A stretch of 64,000 bases of DNA from Candidatus Poribacteria bacterium (GTDB taxonomy: Bacteria > Poribacteria > WGA-4E > WGA-3G): assembly GCA_965214095.1 (NCBI GenBank), contig OZ243938.1:2880001-2944000 (forward strand). Direction: 5' to 3'. Below, in pieces: positions 1 through 9,967 of the stretch (position 1 is the first letter of the stretch; each line of letters opens with the position of its first letter). A program made the position numbers and the translations under genes. A model generated the notes under the pieces. That model was not told the DNA's origin and ran no database searches. It saw only the letters and a list, made by a program, of their open reading frames with translations.

Positions 1-1
1 A

Positions 2-1132
2 CCGACACGCGCAATCGCCAAACAAGCACAAACAGGACCGGCAACAGTGATTATTGAAGGCGTTGCTGTTGGAATGGAATCAACCGCGATTCCAGTTTTA
101 ACCATTATCGCAGCAGTTGCCATTAGTTACTATCTTCCCGGAGGATCAACCGAACCCTTGATGGGACTTTACGGTGTCGGTATTGCTGCTGTCGGCATGC
201 TGGCAACACTCGGTATTACACTTGCCACTGATGCTTACGGACCTATTGCAGATAACGCTGGCGGAAACGCAGAGATGGCAAAACTGGATGAAAGCGTTAG
301 AGAACGCACAGATCAGTTAGATGCACTCGGTAATACAACTGCCGCAACAGGCAAGGGTTTCGCAATCGGTTCAGCCGCACTCACAGCACTTGCACTACTC
401 GCAGCTTATCTTGAAGAAATTCGGCACGGCCTCATCCATTTAGCAGGCAAAGAACAACTCAATATCCCCGGTGAAGGGAATATCAATACTTTAGAAGTTA
501 CGGTGAGCCAATTTATGGATTACTATAATGTCACATTGATGAATCCGCAAGTTCTCATTGGTCTGTTTCTCGGGGCAGTGATGGCATTCTATTTCTGCGC
601 CTTGACGATGAAGGCTGTTGGACGCGCTGCAGGTGCTATGGTAGAAGAAGTTCGTCGTCAATTTCGTGAAAACCCCGGCATTATGAAAGGTGAAGTGAAA
701 CCTGACTACGCACGATGTGTTAGTATTTCTACTGTCGGTGCACAACGTGAGATGATTTATCCATCGCTCATTGCGATTGTTGTGCCTGTTGCTGTCGGAT
801 TACTATTTAATGTTGCAGGCGTACTCGGATTACTCGCGGGCGGGTTGGCAACAGGTTTCGTTTTGGCTATTATGATGGCAAACGCTGGCGGTGCTTGGGA
901 CAACGCGAAAAAGTTTATTGAAGAAGGTAAACATAAAGAAGAATACGGTGAAAAAGGTTCCGAACAGCACAAAGCCACTATTGTTGGGGATACCGTCGGA
1001 GATCCGTTTAAAGACACCTCCGGTCCTTCGCTTAACATCTTGATTAAGTTGATGTCAATGGTTTCTGTTGTGTTTGCTGGCCTCATCGCAAAATATGGTG
1101 GTGTGTTCAGCACTTGGTTAGGTATGCAATAG
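2..1132 (+). CDS. hppA: Membrane-bound cation-translocating pyrophosphatase, K+-dependent type (5' part outside window)
   Basis: Motifs DAYGPIADNAGG, LDALGNTTAA (Ala, not Lys, at the K+-dependence position), GGAWDNAKK and GDTVGDPFKDTSGPSLN; the frame is open from the window start. Na+ versus H+ specificity cannot be read from this fragment. Confidence 0.95.
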   Translation, partial: PTRAIAKQAQTGPATVIIEGVAVGMESTAIPVLTIIAAVAISYYLPGGSTEPLMGLYGVGIAAVGMLATLGITLATDAYGPIADNAGGNAEMAKLDESVRERTDQLDALGNTTAATGKGFAIGSAALTALALLAAYLEEIRHGLIHLAGKEQLNIPGEGNINTLEVTVSQFMDYYNVTLMNPQVLIGLFLGAVMAFYFCALTMKAVGRAAGAMVEEVRRQFRENPGIMKGEVKPDYARCVSISTVGAQREMIYPSLIAIVVPVAVGLLFNVAGVLGLLAGGLATGFVLAIMMANAGGAWDNAKKFIEEGKHKEEYGEKGSEQHKATIVGDTVGDPFKDTSGPSLNILIKLMSMVSVVFAGLIAKYGGVFSTWLGMQ

Positions 1133-1158
1133 TTAGCGTCTGAAAAAGGAATATAAGC

Positions 1159-1674
1159 ATGAAACTGAATTTTTCTATCGGTTTTATTTTGAGTTTGCTG
1201 ATTCTGTTGACAATAGGTTGTCAGCGGTTACAGAATCAGATGAAGGCGGATCCTGATGATACTTCTGTATCCGTTGATGACGTTGATTCGGCTGATATTG
1301 CTTATACAGGAAAAGTTTTCATCGGAGATGCTGAAGACAGATTCGGAACAGACGAATTTGTAGTGAATTCTGCTACCATTACAGATGATACGTTAACTGT
1401 CAGTGTATCTTACAGTGGTGGGTGCGAAACACATGAATTTACCTTAATTGCATCGGAATCTTTCCTTGAATCGTTTCCTGTGCAACTCCATGTTTCCCTT
1501 GCGCACAATGCTAACGGGGACGCATGTGAAGCCTATCCAACTGAAGAATACCAATTTGATCTAACACCGATTAAAAACATGTATCAAGAGGCTTACCGAC
1601 AGGAAGCGGGTACAATCATTTTACGCCTGAAAGACGCACCGAACACAGATCTTGTTTATGAATTCACGATGTAG
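1159..1674 (+). CDS. Putative lipoprotein, hypothetical (possible NigD-like C-terminal beta domain)
   Basis: Hydrophobic N-terminus ending in lipobox LTIG-C; RBS AAGGA; SYSGGC...HEF...HNA...C segment. The domain assignment is tentative. Confidence 0.65.
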   Translation: MKLNFSIGFILSLLILLTIGCQRLQNQMKADPDDTSVSVDDVDSADIAYTGKVFIGDAEDRFGTDEFVVNSATITDDTLTVSVSYSGGCETHEFTLIASESFLESFPVQLHVSLAHNANGDACEAYPTEEYQFDLTPIKNMYQEAYRQEAGTIILRLKDAPNTDLVYEFTM

Positions 1675-1713
1675 TGGAGTGTCCATTCGGACAAGATTAG
1701 TGTAGACAGAACA
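1675..1713. mobile_element. 39-bp TG...CA miniature element (family D) flanked by a GTAG/GTAG 4-bp duplication
   Basis: TGGAGTGTCC...GACAGAACA between gtag (1671-1674) and gtag (1714-1717); related copies at 33637, 49768 and 58478. Confidence 0.6.
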
Positions 1714-1814
1714 GTAGTCATAATTATGTCATAATTATCAAGTCTTGGTATTTTTAGAAAATCATTTTCGTTTCTACGCATCCTTTTTTTAGCATTTAGA
1801 AGGAGAACCAGCCA

Positions 1815-3494
1815 ATGTCCAATAAATTGAAACCCCGTAGTTATGTGATTACCGATGGACCTGACCGTGCCGCCGCACGCACCATGCTTATGTTTGGTGA
1901 TGAAGGACTGACACCAGAAGACCTTGACAAACCGATTATCGGGGTGGCAAATACGTGGATTGAAATCGGTCCCTGTAACTTCCACTTGAGACGACTCGGT
2001 GCAAAGGTCAAACAAGGCATACGCGATGCGGGTGGTACACCTCTGGAATTCAACACCGTCAGTATTTCCGATGGTATTACAATGGGTACAGAGGGGATGA
2101 AGACCTCGCTTATTAGTAGGGAAATCGTAGCTGACTCTATTGAGTTAGTCTCTATTGGCAATATGTTTGATGCTGTTGTAGCACTATGCGGATGCGACAA
2201 AACTGTCCCTGGTACCGTTATGGCATTAGCGCGTTTAGATATTCCATCACTCACATTATACGGCGGATCAATTATGCCCGGTAAATTTCAGGGACGGGAT
2301 GTCACCATTCAAGATGTCTTTGAAGCGGTCGGTCAACATGCGGAAGGCACTATCACAGTAGAGGACTTGGACGATCTGATTAGTAAAGGATGTCCGGGGC
2401 CAGGTGCTTGCGGTGGACAATTCACTGCTAATACAATGGCTACTGCTGTTGAGATGTTGGGTATTGCTCCAATGGGTAGCGGTAGCGTGCCAGCTGCCAT
2501 AGAAGAAAAGGACGATGAGGCATACAAAGCCGGACAACTCGTTATGGATATGCTTGCTGCTGACCGTCGTCCAAGTCAGATTATTACCCGAAAGTCACTT
2601 GAGAATGCTATTACATCAGTTGCTGCGACAGGCGGTTCTACGAATGGTGTTCTCCATCTCCTTGCTATCGCTCACGAAGCGCAAATCCCGTTGACACTTG
2701 AGGACTTCCACACTATTAGTCAGAGAACACCCGTTATGGCAGACTTAAAACCCGGTGGACAGTTTGTCGCTACTGACTTGTATGAAGCGGGTGGGATTCA
2801 GTTCTTAGCAAAACGCCTCGCAGAAGCAGGACTAATCCATACAGATGAACTCACCGTTACAGGGAAAACCATCGGTGAAGAAGCCAACGCTGCCACCGAA
2901 ACCGATGGACAACAAGTTGTCAGAACAGTGGATTCTCCCCTGAAACCGACAGGCGGGTTTGCTATATTGAGAGGCAATCTTGCACCTGACGGATGTGTGA
3001 TCAAGTTAGCAGGTCAGAAAAAAACAATCCATCGCGGTCCGGCACGTATCTTTGAACGTGAAGAGGACACTTTCGCTGCCATAAAAGATGGGAAAATTAA
3101 ACCCGGTGATGTTGTTGTTATCCGATATGAAGGACCTACTGGTGGTCCCGGTATGCGTGAGATGTTAGGTGTGACCGCGGCAATCGTCGGGGCAGGTCTG
3201 AGTGAAGATGTTGCATTAATGACAGATGGCAGATTCTCTGGAGCAACGCACGGCTTCATGATATGCCATGTGGCACCAGAAGCTGCAAAAGGCGGTCCCA
3301 TCGCTATTCTCCAAGAAAACGACGAAATCGTGATTGATGCTGAAGCACGCAGAATTGATGTCACACTCACCGATGCTGAAATTCAAACACGTTTTGAGAA
3401 ATGGACACCTCCCGAACCTCCCTATAAACGCGGCGTGATGGCAAAATATGCCAACTCTGTTTCATCTGCATCTGAAGGTGCTGTGACAGGATAA
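1815..3494 (+). CDS. ilvD: Dihydroxy-acid dehydratase
   Basis: [56 protein letters not shown]; RBS AGGAG. Confidence 0.96.
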   Translation: MSNKLKPRSYVITDGPDRAAARTMLMFGDEGLTPEDLDKPIIGVANTWIEIGPCNFHLRRLGAKVKQGIRDAGGTPLEFNTVSISDGITMGTEGMKTSLISREIVADSIELVSIGNMFDAVVALCGCDKTVPGTVMALARLDIPSLTLYGGSIMPGKFQGRDVTIQDVFEAVGQHAEGTITVEDLDDLISKGCPGPGACGGQFTANTMATAVEMLGIAPMGSGSVPAAIEEKDDEAYKAGQLVMDMLAADRRPSQIITRKSLENAITSVAATGGSTNGVLHLLAIAHEAQIPLTLEDFHTISQRTPVMADLKPGGQFVATDLYEAGGIQFLAKRLAEAGLIHTDELTVTGKTIGEEANAATETDGQQVVRTVDSPLKPTGGFAILRGNLAPDGCVIKLAGQKKTIHRGPARIFEREEDTFAAIKDGKIKPGDVVVIRYEGPTGGPGMREMLGVTAAIVGAGLSEDVALMTDGRFSGATHGFMICHVAPEAAKGGPIAILQENDEIVIDAEARRIDVTLTDAEIQTRFEKWTPPEPPYKRGVMAKYANSVSSASEGAVTG

Positions 3495-3633
3495 ATTCAG
3501 TTTATCCCATTCACAAACACAACATACAGTTCAATGCTTTCTATCTGTGGGACAGGTCTACGTGCTTGTCCCTTTGTGGTTAAGCATTAAATCAGAAAAA
3601 CACTTGCAAGATCCTCACTAATTTAGTAAAATA

Positions 3634-3789
3634 ATGTCTGAAAAACAAATGAAACCCGTTATCTGGGTTGGGGATTCTAAAAGGAGGGATCAAAACTCCA
3701 AAAAAGAGATTGATTTGATTCGAGATCGTTTGAATTGGGCAAAAGAACTTGCTCAGGAGCAAAACGAAAATGAGCAAAGAACAAATTGA
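3634..3789 (+). pseudogene. Internally deleted RelE/HigB (Gp49-like) toxin remnant, 51 aa
   Basis: MSEKQMKPVIWVGDSK is joined almost directly to KKEIDLIRDRLNWAKE; GIKTPKK is readable in the adjacent frame. It overlaps the start of an HTH antitoxin in toxin-first order. Confidence 0.7.
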
Positions 3790-4108
3790 ATATGAAATAG
3801 GTAGTGGAAACGTATTCAAGGATTTAGGATTTCCTAATCCTGAGGAAGAACTCTTGAAAGTTCGTGTTGCTTCCCTTATTTACAATATTATTACTAAACG
3901 TGGTTTAAAACGAGGTGAAGCATCCAATATTCTGGGTATCAGTAAGTCTGACCTTTCAACAATTTTGAAAGGTAGACTCGCTGACTGTTCACTTGATCAA
4001 TTGCTATCACTACTTGGAAAATTAGATCACGATATTGAGATCGTGCTACACAAAAGACCTTCCAACACACCACCCGCTGGACTCCGCATATCCACATCCA
4101 CTGATTAA
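3770..4108 (+). CDS. XRE-family HTH antitoxin (HigA-like)
   Basis: GSGNVFKDLGFPNPEE N-terminus followed by an HTH (LKRGEASNILGISKSDLSTILKG); AGGAG upstream of ATG 3770. Confidence 0.85.
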   Translation: MSKEQIEYEIGSGNVFKDLGFPNPEEELLKVRVASLIYNIITKRGLKRGEASNILGISKSDLSTILKGRLADCSLDQLLSLLGKLDHDIEIVLHKRPSNTPPAGLRISTSTD

Positions 4109-4127
4109 TTTCTACCCACATACAATT

Positions 4128-5108
4128 ATGGATAACGAAGCACATATCTTCCACATCCAGACAGAACATAAAGGTAAAAGGTTGGATAGATTCCTAATCA
4201 GTGCAACCGAAGATGTGTCGCGCACCTATCTCCAGAAACTGATACGTGAGGGGGCTGTCACCGTAAACGATAAAGTCTCCAAACAACCGAGTCGGACACT
4301 CCGCGTTGGAGACCAAGTTTGCATTTCGTTTCCCGAATCCCAACCTTTGGAAACTGGACAACCTGAAGATATCCCACTTGACATCCTCTATGAAGATAGC
4401 CATTTAATTGTGTTGAACAAATCCGCAGGGATGCTCGTTCATCCTGCAAGTGGTGTGAATACCGGGACACTCGTCAACGCGCTCCTGGCACACTGCAGCG
4501 ACCTATCTGGCATCGGTGGTGTAGAAAGACCCGGTATTGTCCATAGATTAGACAAAGACACGTCAGGTGTGCTCGTAGTCGCAAAAACAGATGTTGTGCA
4601 TCGTGGATTGTCCGTGCAGTTTGAAAAACATACCATTACCCGTCAATATGTTGCTGTTGTTTGCGGCATTCCATCTGAAGTCATTGGAACGATTGATGCG
4701 CAAATCGCCCGTAGTAGACGTGACCGTCGACGGATGACCACAGTTAAAAACAACGGCAGGCATGCAGTTACGCATTATCAAGTATTAGAAATATACAACA
4801 AATTCTCTCTCGTTCAACTCACATTGGAAACAGGACGGTTACATCAAATACGTGTGCATCTACAGCATATTGGACACCCGGTTGCAGGTGATGCCATCTA
4901 TGGAGGAGAACAACGCGCTATGAACGACGCGGATACACTTCCAATAAAACATGCACTTATACGTCTGAAACGTCAAGCATTGCATGCGCGCACCCTTCAA
5001 TTTGAGCATCCTATCTTGAATGATACTTTGATGTTTTCTGCACCAAAGCCAGCAGATATGCACCGACTTATTGAGGCATTGCGAACATTAACACGAGCGC
5101 ATTTATAG
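4128..5108 (+). CDS. rluD: RluA/RluD-family 23S rRNA pseudouridine synthase
   Basis: S4-like N-terminus (RLDRFL...SR), NKSAGMLVHP, catalytic HRLDKDTSG, TGRxHQIRVH, QALHA. Start set at ATG 4128. Confidence 0.92.
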   Translation: MDNEAHIFHIQTEHKGKRLDRFLISATEDVSRTYLQKLIREGAVTVNDKVSKQPSRTLRVGDQVCISFPESQPLETGQPEDIPLDILYEDSHLIVLNKSAGMLVHPASGVNTGTLVNALLAHCSDLSGIGGVERPGIVHRLDKDTSGVLVVAKTDVVHRGLSVQFEKHTITRQYVAVVCGIPSEVIGTIDAQIARSRRDRRRMTTVKNNGRHAVTHYQVLEIYNKFSLVQLTLETGRLHQIRVHLQHIGHPVAGDAIYGGEQRAMNDADTLPIKHALIRLKRQALHARTLQFEHPILNDTLMFSAPKPADMHRLIEALRTLTRAHL

Positions 5109-5118
5109 GAGAGTGATT

Positions 5119-6105
5119 ATGGAATATGTCAATTTTGGTAAAGCAGGGGTTAAGGTAAGTCCACTCGCTTTAGGATTAGGATTAAGAGGACAAGCAGACG
5201 AAAACGCCGCACAACGTTTGATTGAGCATGCGATTGACAACGGTATCAATCTCATTGATTGTGCAAACATATATGGCCCAATGGATGATCGTGATAATAT
5301 TGGTCGTTCAGAGGTAATTCTCGGTAAAGCAATTAAAGGGAAACGAGATAATGTGGTGATTACTTCCAAAGTCTGCAGCCATATTGGGCAAGGTCCGAAT
5401 GACTATGGGTTATCGCGTTACCACATCATGCGGGAGATAGATCGAACATTGACGCGTATCGGCACTGACCACATTGATGTCTACCTGATTCACGTTCCGG
5501 ACGACACTACACCGCAAGAGGAGACAATCCGTGCATTAGACGATCTCGTGCGTTCTGGTAAGGTGCGATACCTTGGGTGCTGTAATCATCAGGCATGGCA
5601 GGTCTGTAAAGCACTCTGGATTGCGGATAGTATCAACACGACACCTTATATGTGTGTTCAAAATATGTATAACCTCCTTAATCGAGATTTGGAGACTGAG
5701 ATGTTCGGATTGGTGCGTGAGGAGGGTCTTGGCGTGATGAGTTATAGTCCGTTGTCAGTTGGTCTATTGAGTGGTGTCTATTCTCCTGATGAACCGCCAC
5801 CTGATGGCACATTGTGGGCAAGACGTTATCCAGAAGAATATGAACGGCGGATGCGTGGGGCAACGGGAAAGGTAATTGCTACCCTCAAACGGCTTGCAGA
5901 TGCGTTAGGAAAGACACCTGCTCAACTTGCAGTGGCATGGGTTGTATCACACCCCGAAGTCTCCGTGGCTATCAGTGGAAGCGATACGATTGAACAACTG
6001 GACGACACCCTTGGTGGTGTTGGATGGGAATTAGATGCGGCTGTTCGTGAGGAATTAGATGAGGTATCGCTTTCGTTTGTGCGTTTGACCGCACCACCTT
6101 TTTAA
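5119..6105 (+). CDS. Aldo/keto reductase
   Basis: IDCANIYG, SEVILG, DHIDVYLIH, GKVRYLGC, YSPL and QLAVAW motifs; RBS AGGAG at 5107-5111. Confidence 0.92.
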   Translation: MEYVNFGKAGVKVSPLALGLGLRGQADENAAQRLIEHAIDNGINLIDCANIYGPMDDRDNIGRSEVILGKAIKGKRDNVVITSKVCSHIGQGPNDYGLSRYHIMREIDRTLTRIGTDHIDVYLIHVPDDTTPQEETIRALDDLVRSGKVRYLGCCNHQAWQVCKALWIADSINTTPYMCVQNMYNLLNRDLETEMFGLVREEGLGVMSYSPLSVGLLSGVYSPDEPPPDGTLWARRYPEEYERRMRGATGKVIATLKRLADALGKTPAQLAVAWVVSHPEVSVAISGSDTIEQLDDTLGGVGWELDAAVREELDEVSLSFVRLTAPPF

Positions 6106-6128
6106 TGTTTGAGCCAAGAGGTACCCGT

Positions 6129-6165
6129 TATTGAAGGCAAGAACATAGCACCCTTGCCTTCAATA
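6129..6165. terminator. Hairpin between convergent genes, probable bidirectional terminator
   Basis: TATTGAAGGCAAG-N11-CTTGCCTTCAATA, a perfect 13-bp stem. Confidence 0.6.
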
Positions 6166-6173
6166 GTGATTTG

Positions 6174-6974
6174 TTATCTTTTGAGTTTTGCCCAAGTAGT
6201 TGTGAGCTTACCAGATGGTGCGACATCAGCGAGTTCATCAAACCCGTTGTCCATGATTTTCTGAATATCGTCTTCACTGAGAACGGCACCAATGATAGCG
6301 ACTTCGTCAAGGATACCGATGTATCTTCCGGCATACCCGTGTCCGATGAATAGGTTTAGCTCACTGGCTTTGGAATCTCCGCATGGATGTGCTCCACATT
6401 TATTCCATGTTCCGTTTGCTACAACTTCCCCATCTTTATACATTAGATACTGGCGTTTATCAACATCTCTGACATGAGCGATGTGCATCCATTGATCATC
6501 CACGATCGTTCCTACAGGTGGTCTTTGTACTTCTACATAGGGTTCACAATTTCCACCGCAATCACCCCAGTAAAAACTCATCGTACCGTTTACTTCCTGT
6601 GTCAAACAACCTTCGCCACCGAAGGACTTACAGACGATGTTTTTACGCCCCGCAGCAACGTTTTCAGGTTTAGACCAAAAGACAATTGTAACACTCCCAT
6701 CAAATTGAAGCGATTCTGCATTGCCCAAATCAATGTAACCTGACCCATCAAATTCAAGTGCATCCCCATATTTCCCGTCCACCCATTTCAAGTCATTTAC
6801 AAATTCACCATCATGTTCGTTTTCAGTGGAATCTTTGGCAATGTCACCGTTTCCCTCATCGAATTTCCATACACCTATATATGTTTCTGGATCTAACTTA
6901 GCAGAACTCAAAGAGACTAAAAAGCATGTAACGAATACGGTGATTGTAAGAATACATGATAATCTAAGTTTCAT
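6174..6974 (-). CDS. Secreted LamG/concanavalin-like domain protein with C-terminal KLTTTW tail
   Basis: Signal peptide; WKFDEGNG...GKYGDALEFDG...W.HIA...GILDEVAI; ends VAPSGKLTTTWAKLKR. Confidence 0.88.
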   Translation of the reverse strand: MKLRLSCILTITVFVTCFLVSLSSAKLDPETYIGVWKFDEGNGDIAKDSTENEHDGEFVNDLKWVDGKYGDALEFDGSGYIDLGNAESLQFDGSVTIVFWSKPENVAAGRKNIVCKSFGGEGCLTQEVNGTMSFYWGDCGGNCEPYVEVQRPPVGTIVDDQWMHIAHVRDVDKRQYLMYKDGEVVANGTWNKCGAHPCGDSKASELNLFIGHGYAGRYIGILDEVAIIGAVLSEDDIQKIMDNGFDELADVAPSGKLTTTWAKLKR

Positions 6975-7120
6975 CGGTTTTTCTCCTTATAGTTAATTTT
7001 GATGTGAGATCGAAAAATAGGTCTGTTGAAAAGATGAGAACCTATATGGTATTAAGGGGAATGGAATGATCAATACCAAAAAGACTACTCAATGAAACTA
7101 TAGCAATTATTACTAATTTT

Positions 7121-7192
7121 GTCTGAACCAGGATTTTCAGGATTAGTAGATGGACAGGATTATGACTCTGAAGTTTCAGAGTGCTTTTGATA
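7121..7192 (+). repeat. Family A dispersed repeat (GTCTGAACCAGGATTTTCAGGATT...)
   Basis: Near-identical to copies at 9792, 13993, 25537-25620 (inverted) and 37702. Confidence 0.85.
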
Positions 7193-7373
7193 ACAGAAGC
7201 TGCTATGGGACAGAAAAACAACGGACAATCCAAATCAACACCGAATACTCGTATGGTATTCATCGGGGTTGGAAACCCATCTATCAAGAGAAGGTCTTCC
7301 TAAATCTATGTACAAATGATCCAATGTTCGTAGGCGTGCTTTGTAAGTGCGCCTAAGGTTTAGTCAGAAATTC

Positions 7374-9263
7374 CTATTCCTCCCTGTCTGACGAGAGTTC
7401 CCATAGCAACACGGTGCCATCCCAGCTTCCGCTTGCGAGGGTCTTACCATCTGCACTGAAAACAACGCTTGTAACACTACTCGTATGTCCTGTCAACGTC
7501 AAAAGATGTGTGCCTGTTCGCACATCCCAAAGACGGATGGTGTTGTCCCAACTCCCACTTGCGAGTATCTTTCCATCAGGACTAAATACAACACTATCTA
7601 CATTATTCCTATGTCCCACCAAATCCCTAATATATGTCCCTGTCTGCATATCCCACAAGCACACTCTATCGTCCCAACTTCCACTTGCGAGTATCTTTCC
7701 ATCGGGACTAAACGCAACGCCACCGACTCTATGATCATGTGTTATCAATTCGCGAATAGATGCCCCTGTCTGCGCATCCCACAAACGCATGGTACCATCC
7801 CAACTTCCACTTGCCAGTGTCTTTCCATCTGGACTGAAAACTACACTAACGATTTCATCCGTATGTCCTGTGAGTTTCCGAATAGATGTCCCTGATTGCA
7901 TATCCCACAAAAGCAAAGTATTCTCAGCACCTTGACTTGCAAGTATTTTACCATCCGGACTAAATGCAATGCTCTTAATGCCATCCGTATCCTCTTTGAG
8001 TTTTTGCAGGGGTGTACCTGTTTGCACATCCCATATATACACAGTGTCGTCATCTGCTGAATAGCTTGCACTTGCAAGTGTTTTGCCATCTGGACTGAAC
8101 GCTACACAAGATATCTCCCACGTATGTCCTACCAACACATGAAATGGTCGTGCAGTCTCAATATCCCACAAAAGCACGGAATTATCCATCCATCCGCCGC
8201 TTGCAAGTTTAGAACCGTCAGAATTGATCGCTACACACCTAACTCTACTGGTATGACCTGTTGTTAGTTCCCGAAGATGTTCACCCGTGTTCACATCCCA
8301 TAGACACACGGCTTCGCCAATACTGCTTGTTGTAAGTGTCCTACCATCTGGACTGAACGCAATGCTGATGGTATCATCCGTATGCATTTTTAATACCTGT
8401 AGGGATTCCCCGGATTCCACATCCCAAAGACAAACTCTCTTATCCCACACGCCCGCACTTGCAATTGTCTTACCATCCGGACTGAATTCAACATCAACAA
8501 CTCCACCCGCTGTATGTCCTTTCAACGTTCTTAGAGATGCGCCAGTTTCCGTATCCCACAGTCGGACGGTTCTATCCCAGCTTGTACTTGCAAGTATCTT
8601 GCCATTACGACTAAACGCAACTGCCAAGAGATGCTTCTCATGTCCTATGAGAGTTCGTAGAGATTTACCAGTCTGCACTTCCCATAAACGGGCTGTATTA
8701 TCCCAACTGGCACTGGCAATTGTCTTGTCATCAGGACTAATAGCAACACCCCATATCCTTTGCGTGTGTCCTGTAAGTGTCTGCAGTGATGCCCCTGTTC
8801 GCACATCCCATATACGAACCGTAGTATCGTCACTCCCACTCACCAATATCTCTCCATTTGAACTAAACACAACGCTATTTACATCATTGCTGTGTCCAGA
8901 CATTGACATGAGATGCATACCTGTTCTTGCATCCCACAAACGGACAGAAGCATCTTCACTTCCACTCGCAATTGTAAATCCATCTGGACTGAAAGACACG
9001 CTTTTCACTCCAGATGTATGTCCTGTAAGGAGGTTAAGTTCCTCTCCTGTTTGTGCGTCATAAATCCAAATCCCTATACTACTTGCTACTGCTATACGTT
9101 TCCCATCTGGGGAATATGTAATTTCTTTTATTGAACCTTTGCCGAGACGTACCTTTGCGCCATCAGGTAACCCCCATTGTGTGTAATCTTTAGCATAGAT
9201 GCTTGGTGCTAAAAGGGATATTGAAAGCCCAAAAATAAAAACCGAAAACAATAATTTTTTCAC
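7374..9263 (-). CDS. Secreted WD40 repeat protein (probable double beta-propeller)
   Basis: About 14 GH...FSPDG...ASGS.D..V.LWD repeats, signal peptide and LPDGAKVRLGKG cap. Start moved to GTG 9263 (RBS GAAGGA) because the ORF-track ATG at 9296 lies inside a MITE. Confidence 0.92.
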   Translation of the reverse strand: MKKLLFSVFIFGLSISLLAPSIYAKDYTQWGLPDGAKVRLGKGSIKEITYSPDGKRIAVASSIGIWIYDAQTGEELNLLTGHTSGVKSVSFSPDGFTIASGSEDASVRLWDARTGMHLMSMSGHSNDVNSVVFSSNGEILVSGSDDTTVRIWDVRTGASLQTLTGHTQRIWGVAISPDDKTIASASWDNTARLWEVQTGKSLRTLIGHEKHLLAVAFSRNGKILASTSWDRTVRLWDTETGASLRTLKGHTAGGVVDVEFSPDGKTIASAGVWDKRVCLWDVESGESLQVLKMHTDDTISIAFSPDGRTLTTSSIGEAVCLWDVNTGEHLRELTTGHTSRVRCVAINSDGSKLASGGWMDNSVLLWDIETARPFHVLVGHTWEISCVAFSPDGKTLASASYSADDDTVYIWDVQTGTPLQKLKEDTDGIKSIAFSPDGKILASQGAENTLLLWDMQSGTSIRKLTGHTDEIVSVVFSPDGKTLASGSWDGTMRLWDAQTGASIRELITHDHRVGGVAFSPDGKILASGSWDDRVCLWDMQTGTYIRDLVGHRNNVDSVVFSPDGKILASGSWDNTIRLWDVRTGTHLLTLTGHTSSVTSVVFSADGKTLASGSWDGTVLLWELSSDREE

Positions 9264-9281
9264 TATAAATTTGTCCTTCTT

Positions 9282-9419
9282 TATAGTAAAAACCATAATT
9301 ATTTACACACGACGGTAGGTTCGGTTTCCTAACCGAACCGGTGTTTGTTCAGTCTCATAGATAGGGTTAGGAAACCGCATCTACCGGGGAGCGTGCATGT
9401 ATTTTTACATTTTACTATA
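9282..9419 (+). mobile_element. Family B MITE (TATAGT...ACTATA) carrying an inverted pair of GTAG-REP-like hairpins
   Basis: Terminal inverted repeat TATAGTAAAA/TTTTACTATA; copies at 17843-18008 and 37995-38130 (inverted). Confidence 0.8.
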
Positions 9420-9483
9420 AATGTTTTTGCTTGACGGCATTGCCTGTTTACTGTTACGCAGGTAATGGATGCACAAATTGATA

Positions 9484-9586
9484 TATAGTGAATTATAAAT
9501 ATAAGTTGACACTTTCGTCCCACGGTAGGCGAGGTTTCCTAACCTCGCCGATGCAGAGTGTTCAAGTAATTTCAAAATCTACTATA
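9484..9586 (+). mobile_element. Family E 103-bp MITE (TATAGT...ACTATA) carrying REP GTAGGCGAGGTTTCCTAACCTCGCC
   Basis: Same length and nearly the same sequence at 23162-23264 and 52367-52469 (inverted); diverged copy at 39356-39458. Confidence 0.85.
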
Positions 9587-9791
9587 TATGGTAAATAATC
9601 ATTTAGGTTGGTAAGAGATGTTGGATGTGTTTTAGATGGACGGGGTATGTGGATTAGGAAGGACAAACTCATATATTGCTGCAAATATTTTTTATAGGTA
9701 GGGAGAAATGGTGATAGTTTTATTATTTTCTTTGCTTTTAAGTGTGGTTAGGAAACCACACCATGGGTGTCAATTCAGTGAATTCCACTTA

Positions 9792-9885
9792 GTCTGAACC
9801 AGGATTTTCAGGATTAGTAGATGGACAGGATTATGGATCTGAAGTTTCAGAGTGATTTTGATATGATAGGCTGCTCTGATGTTGA
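9792..9885 (+). repeat. Family A dispersed repeat
   Basis: Matches the 7121 and 13993 copies. Confidence 0.85.
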
Positions 9886-9920
9886 AGGGTTTTGTAAGCC
9901 CGTATATTTAGACTTTCAAA

Positions 9921-9945
9921 ATCGGGGTTAGAAACCCCTCCAACA
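9921..9945 (-). repeat. Family F short REP-like palindrome (ATCGGGGTTAGAAACCCCTCCAACA)
   Basis: Copies at 33979-34003, 36094-36117, 39484-39508 and 49711-49736. Confidence 0.8.
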
Positions 9946-9967
9946 AAAGAAAGATGGCTATCATTTT

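Noticed and set aside
4820-4865. RluD motif TGRLHQIR instead of the usual TGRTHQIR
   Set aside because: A single substitution with the catalytic HRLD intact is too weak to infer altered function.
7414-9134. Long antisense ORFs over WD40, ilvD, katG and other genes
   Set aside because: These are shadow frames of well-supported genes; their repetitiveness mirrors the sense-strand repeats.
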